A DNA stretch of 64,000 bases. Source: Candidatus Omnitrophota bacterium (GTDB taxonomy: Bacteria > Omnitrophota > Gorgyraeia > Zapsychrales > Fredricksoniimonadaceae). Numbering within the stretch: position 1 is the first letter of the stretch; each line of letters starts with the position of its first letter. A program made the translations under genes and the position numbers. Below, one piece after another: positions 9,801 through 17,928 of the stretch. The DNA lies in NCBI GenBank assembly GCA_015232565.1, contig JADFZK010000001.1, positions 13,160 through 77,159 of the forward strand, written 5' to 3'. Below the pieces are notes generated by a model that saw only the letters and a program-made list of their open reading frames with translations, did no database searches and was not told where the DNA came from.

Positions 9801-10628
9801 ACGGTTGCAGCTGATAGTTTATTCAACGCCATAACAGAGTATATTGTTAAACAACATCCAGTGGAAGGTGAGCAATCCATCAGAATTCGGTGGCCAGCAA
9901 AGGACGAAGGAAAGTCGGGCATAAGGCAGTGGGAAAGAGGGATTAGCATGTTGGAAGGTGGGAATCTTAGTCCAAGAGTCTGGACAGGAACGAGTGGGTC
10001 TGATGGACAAGTGGCCATGCTATGGGAGAATATCGCGGATGATGCTCCTTTGCAATACGTGAAAGACTGGCTGGCGAAAGAATCTGCCAAACAGCCGACC
10101 GCCGCTACTGCAGGTGTAGAAGTTAGTCCAGTGGGAAAAGCCGCATTCTCTGGTTCTAATGCTCAACCATTAGTTTTTCAAGAGTACCAGGATATGTTTA
10201 GAGCGTACTCAAATTCGGATGGGATCCGTAGGAAGTGGTTAAGAATTACAACCAAAAATAATGAGGTTGTTAGAGTTCAGGTCATCGGAATGAATGATAA
10301 TTGGATCTTTGGCTTGGATGATAAGCGAGAAAGAGTATATATTACTAGAAACGACTTCAAAAGCGCCACCAGTGATCCTTCTGCGAATCAGGCTTTTTCT
10401 CCCGGCGGTATCGAGCTTAATGCCAAAAGAATGGGTTTGGAGGTGGCAAAGGACGGCAAAGGTGTTAATATGACTATTGACCCGGCTATGGTCGCCGATT
10501 TTGAGCGCGGGGATTTCTCCGGCGTGGTTCCGGTTATTCTGCAGATCGTGCCGATCCGTAATCCGTTGGTTACTTTGGGCCTGGGGGGCGATGCGCCGGC
10601 TGAGAAACTGATACAGGGAAAAGCATGA
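6849..10628 (+). CDS. Very large secreted or membrane-anchored protein of unknown function (1259 aa)
   Basis: Strong AAGGAG ribosome-binding site 7 nt upstream. N-terminal hydrophobic signal/anchor (ICSLLILSFIFSAVV). Low-complexity Thr/Pro/Asn-rich linker (TPTPNPTKVPNDINDTNNTNATTPENN). A single LDTGST motif. I recognise no domain. Confidence 0.85.
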   Translation: MNVNHYKGTVVYRSICSLLILSFIFSAVVPPRSGWAQTVLNLPAPGTMVMASPAFMPVLIKGLKVHPENPLLFDFILDTGSTKLATNEKPGLDVNGPEFKAETQKLIKYFLASLTIKEDDLWVNLSPFERDRMIAADLGQTELGRDMLAQDYMLKQLTASMIYPEKELGQAFWAKVYAQAQEQFGTTDVPVDTFNKVWIVADKAQVMEHNNAAYVVGSHLKVMLETDYLATSTSAMPTRGHDAPPADTNERGFVSPRRLPTSQPTNVKATQVSTPTPNPTKVPNDINDTNNTNATTPENNIAKNILREIVLPMIEKEVNEGQNFAPLRQMFFSMIMASWYKQALKGALLNQVYTNKAKTGGVQVDDQSAKEKIYEQYLQAYKKGVFNYIKEDAGLALNPGADPEAQQSIPRKYFSGGLIVMKNFAGKGPTIVPFDGAAVVRDFSAAVNVRARMDQSQSIDRETLESVQISLNELMGKPVTRDVLQNELTSKARLSGVSVDDGIIKGVKAGTIVVRESGIEYGFTQDELNKLAGNPNQMTFTVMLLSKGKLASFLVVIPRGTAVDIATIALDEAFKKYDNARMSLEQIQSGGRGYTEEQQKPGRKKDQDLQDERDKMAEGLAEMIPRVKVVLSLGGSVAWNIRDIVGEKVKPYLSCFVTFTRKDGRVYDITVNGEKVVVPISRHLHPYWGNLVAMHPDLRPLEHVKLSVALAGYAVTEHDINDITTDESQKSLIDAGYNKLTEGQSLRFALKPGTMGIMLDIERSGKTRRERVYLSVNNHYQLIVASELIGGVRQVTLDAYGFVDLDALLESDVSVEIQWNNGEIVVHSSRRSADPLLVKRSVFFPDNNSGEQEVIVSSSSGKSERTIINDDFREGKGNEYQVNGAKVLLVSSGSNPDKRHVVVSAFADVKPGSGQEFTVQLVDPSMQTWESLALEIRAQFLAALKSDLERALPGDITNIGLRGRYDYEGYGIAFPAIAKLIQEGTVAADSLFNAITEYIVKQHPVEGEQSIRIRWPAKDEGKSGIRQWERGISMLEGGNLSPRVWTGTSGSDGQVAMLWENIADDAPLQYVKDWLAKESAKQPTAATAGVEVSPVGKAAFSGSNAQPLVFQEYQDMFRAYSNSDGIRRKWLRITTKNNEVVRVQVIGMNDNWIFGLDDKRERVYITRNDFKSATSDPSANQAFSPGGIELNAKRMGLEVAKDGKGVNMTIDPAMVADFERGDFSGVVPVILQIVPIRNPLVTLGLGGDAPAEKLIQGKA

Positions 10629-11110
10629 AGAAACCTTTGTTCATAATGTTGGTGTTTATGTTCCTGACGGGTTTGGCCGGGGCGGAGCCGATGCCCCGGG
10701 TCATAACTCTTAAGGACGGCTCAACTATTCAGGGGAAGATCCTCGGGATGGAGAAAGGCGCTTACCTGATAGAAAGCGCGGCCATCGGCGAGTTGCGGGT
10801 TAAGGAGAGCGAGGTGGTCTTGATCACGGCTCCCGGAGCGGCGCCCCGGGAGAATATTCCGCCCGCCGCGGAAAGCCCCGATCTGCAGGCCGTGCAGGCC
10901 AGAATGATGGCCGATCCGTCTTTGATGGCCGAGCTCCAGGCTATCGCCAGCGATCCGGAAGTAATGGCTTTGGTTACCGACCCGGCTTTTATGCAGGCCG
11001 CGCAGGCCAGGGATATGGCGGCTATCCAGGCCAACCCGCGCACGGCGCAGTTAATGAATAATCCCAAGGTTAAGGCCTTGATCGAGAGAATGCAGGCTGT
11101 ACGTCGTTAA
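10625..11110 (+). CDS. Small secreted protein with STI1/DP-like helical repeats
   Basis: ATGA start/stop overlap with the giant ORF. Signal peptide MKKPLFIMLVFMFLTGLAGA. C-terminal repeats DPSLMAELQAIASDPEVMALVTDPAFMQAAQA...ANPRTAQLMNNPKVKALIERMQ resemble the STI1/Hop DP motif. Confidence 0.8.
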   Translation: MKKPLFIMLVFMFLTGLAGAEPMPRVITLKDGSTIQGKILGMEKGAYLIESAAIGELRVKESEVVLITAPGAAPRENIPPAAESPDLQAVQARMMADPSLMAELQAIASDPEVMALVTDPAFMQAAQARDMAAIQANPRTAQLMNNPKVKALIERMQAVRR

Positions 11111-11156
11111 TTGCTTGCCATTTCCCCGGGGTTCCTGGGGGATAATTTTAAAAAAG

Positions 11157-11184
11157 TTGTTCAATTCCGTTTTTTTGTTATAAT
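11157..11184 (+). promoter_or_regulatory. Candidate sigma70 promoter for gap (TTGTTC-N16-TATAAT)
   Basis: TATAAT at 11179-11184, and TTGTTC 16 nt upstream. Confidence 0.4.
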
Positions 11185-11199
11185 CCAACCCAAACTTAA

Positions 11200-12339
<1,140 letters not shown>

Positions 12340-12344
12340 TCGTA

Positions 12345-12367
12345 GGGGCCGACTTTATGTCGGCCCG
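12345..12367 (+). other. Small stem-loop ggggccGACtttatGTCggcccg directly after the gap stop codon
   Basis: An 8-bp stem around a TTTAT loop. A near-identical motif with a compensated base pair occurs at 15418-15440. Confidence 0.45.
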
Positions 12368-12409
12368 TCGTATTGACGATAATGTCTTTGACGAATTGTT
12401 TGCAAAAAA

Positions 12410-12447
12410 GAGCGCTCCCGGCAACAGGAGCGCTCTTTTTATTTTTC
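12410..12447 (+). terminator. Rho-independent terminator downstream of gap
   Basis: Stem agagcgctcc...ggagcgctct followed by TTTTTATTTTT. An A-run precedes it, so it could act in both directions. Confidence 0.8.
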
Positions 12448-12481
12448 AAGGATTCTTGAAAAATAACTCCCACAGCTGCCT

Positions 12482-12499
12482 GGCGGCCAATTGGCCGCC
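12482..12499. promoter_or_regulatory. Perfect 18-bp palindrome GGCGGCCAATTGGCCGCC
   Basis: Read directly. It lies about 20 bp upstream of the -35 element of the second DUF4160 promoter. Confidence 0.3.
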
Positions 12500-12518
12500 G
12501 GAGCGAAGGGAGTACTTA

Positions 12519-12547
12519 TTGAATTTTTTGTAGCCATCTGCTATATT
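12519..12547 (+). promoter_or_regulatory. Sigma70-like promoter for the second DUF4160/DUF2442 pair (TTGAAT-N17-TATATT)
   Basis: TTGAAT at 12519-12524 and TATATT at 12542-12547. The GGAGAAAG ribosome-binding site and the ATG at 12582 follow. Confidence 0.45.
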
Positions 12548-12581
12548 TTGACTGGATAATAAATTACTTGGAGAAAGAAAT

Positions 12582-12842
12582 ATGCCCGAAATAGCTCGGT
12601 TTTACGGAATTATTATTTCCATGTTCTATGATGACCACAATCCGCCGCATTTTCATGCACGGTATGGAGATGAGAGCGTTGTTATACGAATTGATACACT
12701 AAGCGTTCTGGAAGGTAATGTTTCGGCCAGAGCATTAGGTCTTATTATCGAATGGGCGGCTCAGCATAAAGCAGAATTAATGGAAGACTGGAGCTTGGCT
12801 AAACAAAATCAGGTTCCCAAGAAAGTTGCTCCGTTAAAGTAA
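12582..12842 (+). CDS. DUF4160 domain protein (second copy)
   Basis: MPEIARFYGIIISMFYDDHNPPHFHARYGDES... has the same fold signature as the 2229-2465 gene. Confidence 0.8.
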   Translation: MPEIARFYGIIISMFYDDHNPPHFHARYGDESVVIRIDTLSVLEGNVSARALGLIIEWAAQHKAELMEDWSLAKQNQVPKKVAPLK

Positions 12843-12852
12843 GGACTGAATA

Positions 12853-13119
12853 ATGTATTACGATGTAAAATCCGCACAATATTGCGATGGTTATAAAATC
12901 CTGCTTTCTTTTGCGGATGGTAAAGGCGGCATCGTTGATTTTCAGCCGTATCTTCAGAAAGGCGGCGTTTTTGAGAAATTTAAAGATTTAAACTTTTTTA
13001 AGAATTTTCACATTAATGAAGAGGTTGGAGTTTTAAGTTGGGAAAATGATATTGATATCGCTCCTGAAACAATCTATTCCAAGGCAACAAAGTTACCAAT
13101 TCCCCAATGGGTTGCGTAA
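12853..13119 (+). CDS. DUF2442 domain protein (second copy)
   Basis: 88 aa, MYYDVKSAQYCDGYKILLSFADGKGGIVDF.... An AAGGA ribosome-binding site precedes it. Confidence 0.8.
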   Translation: MYYDVKSAQYCDGYKILLSFADGKGGIVDFQPYLQKGGVFEKFKDLNFFKNFHINEEVGVLSWENDIDIAPETIYSKATKLPIPQWVA

Positions 13120-13928
13120 TTAACAAGATTATTTTTGGCATTTCTCTGAGCATGTTGTTTTGTGCTCACTCCTCGATGGCAGCAGATAATAGTCGCGAAG
13201 ATCAAAAGTGCAAGGTATTTGCTTCGCCGTGTTGTTCTGATGGTTATGTTTGTGCCATGAGTGCGCCTGAATGTAATATGTCCGGGGACTTTAGTTGTAA
13301 GGACAGCCATCCGCCGTCGTTGACTCGGGTATATTGTGAGTATCACAAAGCGTCTAAAGATTATTCCCGGGCCGGATGTTATGAAAGACCCTTGTATGGG
13401 GGTGCGAATTGTAAGGAATATTGTGATTATTGGAAATCCCAGGATTGTAAAAGCACTTTTTCAGAACAACAATTAACCGCGGGATGGGATCCTTTTGACA
13501 TAAACAAATGGCAGGAGAATTGCGGGGACATGGACTGTGAATGTATCAAGACTTCTCGTTGTATTCCCGATGGGGAAAGGCTTGGTGCAAATGGCATGAG
13601 TGCCTGTTGTCCTGGTCTGGCGGATCTTCCGCTTAAGGAATGGGATCCAGCCGGGGCACAGGTGCGCTTTTGTACGAGCAAGTGCGGGGACGGGATATGC
13701 GCACTTCCTGAGACCAAGCTCAATTGCCAGCAAGATTGCGATGACACTTGCATAAAAGAGAAGTGTTTCTACGACGAACAATTCAAAAGATGCCATAAAG
13801 AGGGCGTTCTTTTCTCGAGAAAGCCGTTATCTGCCGGCGGTGTTGATCTACAGCCATGCTGCTATGGATTGAAAGAAACGCCCGCTGGCGAGATGAGTGT
13901 TTGTGTAAGAAAGGATGCAGAAGATTAA
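13107..13928 (+). CDS. Cysteine-rich secreted protein of unknown function (about 28 Cys in about 247 mature residues)
   Basis: Signal peptide MGCVINKIIFGISLSMLFCAHSSMA. Three CC-containing motifs: PCCSDGYVC, ACCPGLADLP and PCCYGLKETP. The start overlaps the DUF2442 stop by 13 nt. Confidence 0.7.
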   Translation: MGCVINKIIFGISLSMLFCAHSSMAADNSREDQKCKVFASPCCSDGYVCAMSAPECNMSGDFSCKDSHPPSLTRVYCEYHKASKDYSRAGCYERPLYGGANCKEYCDYWKSQDCKSTFSEQQLTAGWDPFDINKWQENCGDMDCECIKTSRCIPDGERLGANGMSACCPGLADLPLKEWDPAGAQVRFCTSKCGDGICALPETKLNCQQDCDDTCIKEKCFYDEQFKRCHKEGVLFSRKPLSAGGVDLQPCCYGLKETPAGEMSVCVRKDAED

Positions 13929-14363
13929 ATGACCGGTTGGAAAACTTTCTTTTATTGTTTGGGGCTGGGCTTTCTGGTTTGCAGTGCCATGTATTTGTCG
14001 GTAGCGCTCGCCCCGTTCGAGCGGCATGATGATTATTTGCTGGAAACTTCCGATCTGCCCCGGGATTGCCGCGCCTCTTTTGTTTACCGGCTGAGCATGG
14101 AGAGCGGGCGTCCGCTGGCTTCCGAAATCGGCGCCTATCAGAGCAATGCAACCTCCCGGAAGAAGCGTCCAACCCAGCTGACGCTAACTGTTGAAAATCA
14201 TGCCTGGATTATTATCCGTCGTAGATTAAGTTTTCTGCAGGTCAGGCTGGGGAGTAAGGAACTGTTTTCGGGGCGTACCCAGGAGAATGATCCAGGGTGT
14301 AGGCGTTCTGATATCAAGGATATTGAGAAAAGGCTCGGCAAAGGACCGGAATGTTTTGACTGA
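13929..14363 (+). CDS. Hypothetical membrane-anchored protein
   Basis: Its ATG immediately follows the TAA of the Cys-rich gene. One N-terminal transmembrane helix (FFYCLGLGFLVCSAMYLSVAL). Its 3' 138 nt overlap the convergent methyltransferase gene, which lowers confidence. Confidence 0.4.
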   Translation: MTGWKTFFYCLGLGFLVCSAMYLSVALAPFERHDDYLLETSDLPRDCRASFVYRLSMESGRPLASEIGAYQSNATSRKKRPTQLTLTVENHAWIIIRRRLSFLQVRLGSKELFSGRTQENDPGCRRSDIKDIEKRLGKGPECFD

Positions 14364-14879
14364 CCAGTGGTTAAGGTGCCCCGGCGTGTTGCCTCGTTCC
14401 CCGAGGTATTTCCCGCGAAGGACGTTGAGAGCCCGCCATAATGGTTCCCGCGGGACCGAGAGAAGGACGTGGGATTTCGCTGTTAGGCAAAGAGCCTCAA
14501 GGGCTTTCCGTGGATCTTCAAGATGTTCCAGGACCTCGCAACAGACCATCAGGTCTGCTGAATCTGATGTGCTGATATTGTAAATGCTTTTTGCGTAGAA
14601 GTATATCGCTGTGTTATGGAACAGGGAGCGGGCTTGTTCGATGATGAGGGGAGATACGTCACAGGCCTTGATGTTCTGATAGCCCCATAGGGAAAGACGG
14701 GTGCTGAGATAGCCCTCTCCGCAGCCCGCCTCGGTTACCGATCCGATTCGGGCGCGAACAGGTTCCAAAGTGTCCTTTATAGCTGATAAGAATCTGTTGG
14801 TCAGATGACGGACGATTGGATTCCCGGATTCATATTTGTTGCAGATATTCCCTGCAATGAGGCCGTTATCAATAATCAT
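14226..14879 (-). CDS. Class I SAM-dependent methyltransferase (type 11/12-like)
   Basis: SAM-binding motif VTEAGCGEGYLS, and an acidic post-motif-II segment CCEVLEHLEDP. Confidence 0.8.
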   Translation of the reverse strand: MIIDNGLIAGNICNKYESGNPIVRHLTNRFLSAIKDTLEPVRARIGSVTEAGCGEGYLSTRLSLWGYQNIKACDVSPLIIEQARSLFHNTAIYFYAKSIYNISTSDSADLMVCCEVLEHLEDPRKALEALCLTAKSHVLLSVPREPLWRALNVLRGKYLGERGNTPGHLNHWSVKTFRSFAEPFLNILDIRTPTPWIILLGTPRKQFLTPQPDLQKT

Positions 14880-15417
14880 ACGGGCACTTCTTTTTTAGAA
14901 GGGGTGGTTGCATGTTCTGATCTTCTGATTGGTCATCACGGGATATTTTGTATTGTTTTGGCCGAAAAGGGCATGAAATATCTTTAAGAATTTGCCGGTT
15001 CATGATCCGAGTCGAGACATTGATGATGTTACACTGAATGGCCTACTATTTCGATGGCCAGGATGTTTTTTTAAATTTATTAGAATTCCCGGAGTTAATC
15101 AAGTCATTTTATTGAATCTTATTGTGTTCTGGCGATTGTTTTCAACGGCTTGCGTCAATCTGACGTGACACTTCTTTAGGAGCTGATCTATTACTATTCG
15201 GCAGGCCAGGGTGAGTGTTGATTAGTTTGACAACTTGCAGACAATTGTTTCGATCCTGGAGCACAACACCACTTTGGGTTAACAAGAATGCGTTGATCAG
15301 AAGTGCTGTTTTTAATTGGGAATTTGACAAAGCGTCTTTGGTATAGCAATATTGGTTATTATGTATGACCAATTTGGACAGCAATTTCGTCGGTTATAGA
15401 TATTCGGGACATGAATT

Positions 15418-15440
15418 GCGGCGGACTTTATGTCCGCCCG
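15418..15440 (+). other. Small stem-loop gcggcGGACtttatGTCCgcccg (second copy of the motif at 12345-12367)
   Basis: A 7-bp stem around a TTTAT loop. It differs from copy 1 by a compensated C:G to G:C swap. It lies in the AT-rich leader region of the glycan island. Confidence 0.4.
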
Positions 15441-15633
15441 GGTGGTTATAATTACGGACAAGGACAATCTGGCCCGGGGCATTTCCGGCCGGACAGCGGT
15501 CAATATGGATCTGCCGCTTAAGGCCTTAATGTTGGGTGAGAAATAGCGCGACATAAGCAGGCACGTGTCCCCTGAATTGGAACGTTAACACATCGAATTC
15601 GCTGGAATTAAAAAAGCATTAACCCTAAAGAAT

Positions 15634-17928
15634 ATGCTTAACACATTAACCCTTCATACTCGAATTCTCCTGGGCATAATTCTTGCGGCGGGTGTTGTGG
15701 CTTTTGCGGTGGCTCACGAGAAGCTTACTTTTGCTAACCAACCCATATTTGAACTCTCTCGAACTACGTCCTGGCAAGCCAGCAAGAACCTGATCTACTA
15801 TGGCTCGTCCGGCCCCGTGGTGGAAACACTGAATTCCCATGCTTTGTGGAAGAAATTCGTCCTTAGTTTCAGCCTGGCCAATCCGTTGACCGCCGGCGTG
15901 GTCTATGATATCCGCTCCGAGGGCTGGTACCGGTTTTTTATGTTCAACCGGCCGCAAAGAACCTTGATAGCGGGGCAGAATATAAATGGCGCTATTCGTA
16001 TTGACCGTTCGTGGCCGTTGGAACTTCCTGCCGGTGAGGATCTAGTTTTGCCGTTAACGCTGGAAGTGGATGCCGCGCAGGCAGTTTTGCGCCTGGCGGG
16101 TAAACCGCTGGCATCTTTTGAGGCCGCCATAAAAGTGCCGGCGCGCTTTGGTTTGTATACCGAGCAGGCTACGGTGCGTAATAATGTTTTCCTGAATATT
16201 TTGGTAACCGGTGAGCTGGCCGACGGCCGGGCGGTGAGCCTGGGGCCGGAAAGTTATCAGGACTTCGACCGGGGCAAGCCGCTGGCGCGGCTTTGGACTG
16301 TTCCGGGAATAGGTGCGGTTATTTTGTTGTATGTGCTGGCTATTCTTTTTCTGGTTGTGTTGAAAAATAGCGGACCCGGGGCAATTGCGGTTGGGGGGAA
16401 CCATCCGGGCCGGGCATTGGATATGGCAGGGTTGATCCTGTATGCTTTAGCCGGAGCGGTGGTTTTTGTGAAGGCCTGGCAGTTGGGGCACAAGGTGGCC
16501 TTCTATCCGGCTTACTGGCAGACCATGCCGGCGCTGTTATGCGTTATGTCGATGGATATTCTTCTTCTGGGCTTAAGCTGGTTCTATGCCCGCCGGTTCA
16601 TTCGGCTTTCTCCTTTACTGGTCTTTGTGGTGCTGCCGGTTTTTCTCTATGGGGTGCATATTATCAACCTGAACCTTTTGCATTGGCCGGATCCCTGGTT
16701 CTTAAGAGGAGTGCTTGGCTTGCTGGCCTTACCGATATTGTTTATCAGCAAAGAGCAGGTGGCGGAGTTAAAGAATATTGCCGGCTCGATCTTCAAGGTT
16801 AACCGGTATAACGGGCTGGTTTTATTGTGGCTGGTTTATGTCTCATTATATTTCCTGGAATATAATTTCCGTATGCCCCGCCCGCTTTTTGGCGACGAGG
16901 CCAACCTGTGGTTTGCCGCCGCCCGGAACATGATCCACAATGGCGTCCTGGAGGCTCATTTAGCCGGCTATCCGGCGGGTGGTTACCATCCTTTCGGGAT
17001 ACCTTTTTTGACGGCTATTCCCGGCTTGCTCTGGGGTAGCGGTGATGAAAGCCTGATTTTCTTCATGCCGTTGTTCAATATTATCGTGTTCACGGTTTTC
17101 TTATTGCGTTTACGGCAGCAGCCGGGCCTTTTTCTTTTTTTCTACGCGGCTTCTTTCGTGGTATGTGATTACGCCGGGTTGATCGGTGCTTTGTTGTTCC
17201 GCTTGGTTTACGGGGAAGGTTGGTCGGGGCTTTATTTTCTGGTGATGGGCGCCGAGATCATCCGTTTGAGCCGTAACGGCAAGATCACCGACTGGCGTTG
17301 CTGGCTTGGGCTGGGCATGGCGGCCGGGCTGACTCTGCTTACGAAAAGGCCGGTATATTACTGGGGCGCGATTTTTCTTTTGACCGCGGCGGTTTGCTAT
17401 TTTAGAACGGGCTGTTCGCTCCGGCTTTTGCGTAATTTTCTGGCCGGGGTGGCGGTGTTCTTTTTGCCGGTTGGCGCCTGGGGGTGGCTGGCGCACCAGC
17501 ATGGTATCGGGTCGGCCGTCTCGGTAACGGGGACTATGTTTGGCCCGGGCAGTTGGCATTTTAACTTGGGGATACTGGACTGGCGGGCCATGATGGCCTG
17601 GTCGTATGTTAGTCCGCTGGCCGGTTATTATTTGCTGGGCGCTCTGGTGCTTTGCCTGGCGGCCTGGCGGCGCAGTGCCAGTGTGCATTTATTCCCGCCG
17701 TTGACCCTGCTCATCTTTGTGACCGGATACTATGTCTTTGGTTTTCAAAGCGATTGGACCAGTTCTTCGGTTAGGTACTACATGCCGGCGGCTTTATTGA
17801 TCTTATACCTGGCCGGGCTGGCTCTGGAGGACTGGTTACAGCGTGCGGCCGGTCGGGCGCCAAAGGCGGCGGTGTTCTTATACGGAGTGGCAGGCCTGGC
17901 AATTATTTCCGGGATGGTTATCCTATGA
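15634..17928 (+). CDS. GT-C superfamily polytopic membrane glycosyltransferase (ArnT/PMT-like) with an N-terminal periplasmic domain of about 230 aa
   Basis: 764 aa. After one N-terminal transmembrane helix and a soluble domain come at least 12 hydrophobic helices. The FGDEANLW motif sits in the first periplasmic loop, as in GT39/GT83 enzymes. Confidence 0.75.
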   Translation: MLNTLTLHTRILLGIILAAGVVAFAVAHEKLTFANQPIFELSRTTSWQASKNLIYYGSSGPVVETLNSHALWKKFVLSFSLANPLTAGVVYDIRSEGWYRFFMFNRPQRTLIAGQNINGAIRIDRSWPLELPAGEDLVLPLTLEVDAAQAVLRLAGKPLASFEAAIKVPARFGLYTEQATVRNNVFLNILVTGELADGRAVSLGPESYQDFDRGKPLARLWTVPGIGAVILLYVLAILFLVVLKNSGPGAIAVGGNHPGRALDMAGLILYALAGAVVFVKAWQLGHKVAFYPAYWQTMPALLCVMSMDILLLGLSWFYARRFIRLSPLLVFVVLPVFLYGVHIINLNLLHWPDPWFLRGVLGLLALPILFISKEQVAELKNIAGSIFKVNRYNGLVLLWLVYVSLYFLEYNFRMPRPLFGDEANLWFAAARNMIHNGVLEAHLAGYPAGGYHPFGIPFLTAIPGLLWGSGDESLIFFMPLFNIIVFTVFLLRLRQQPGLFLFFYAASFVVCDYAGLIGALLFRLVYGEGWSGLYFLVMGAEIIRLSRNGKITDWRCWLGLGMAAGLTLLTKRPVYYWGAIFLLTAAVCYFRTGCSLRLLRNFLAGVAVFFLPVGAWGWLAHQHGIGSAVSVTGTMFGPGSWHFNLGILDWRAMMAWSYVSPLAGYYLLGALVLCLAAWRRSASVHLFPPLTLLIFVTGYYVFGFQSDWTSSSVRYYMPAALLILYLAGLALEDWLQRAAGRAPKAAVFLYGVAGLAIISGMVIL

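Noticed and set aside
11110-11150. Rho-independent terminator after the DP-repeat gene (ccccggggttcctggggga then taatttt)
   Set aside because: The stem is only 4-5 bp with mismatches and the T-tract is interrupted. It is too weak to call.
13152-13928. Later start (MLFCAHSS...) for the cysteine-rich protein, to avoid overlap with the DUF2442 gene
   Set aside because: The longer form gives a canonical signal peptide (n-region MGCVINK, h-region, AxA-like cleavage site). The shorter one would truncate the h-region. Kept only as an alternative.
15646-17688. Minus-strand ORFs (103-192 aa) inside the first GT-C gene, and a 324-aa minus-strand ORF at 23887-24861
   Set aside because: They are antisense to long ORFs with coherent transmembrane topology. 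High GC produces long open frames on the opposite strand, and their translations are Arg/Pro-rich low-complexity.
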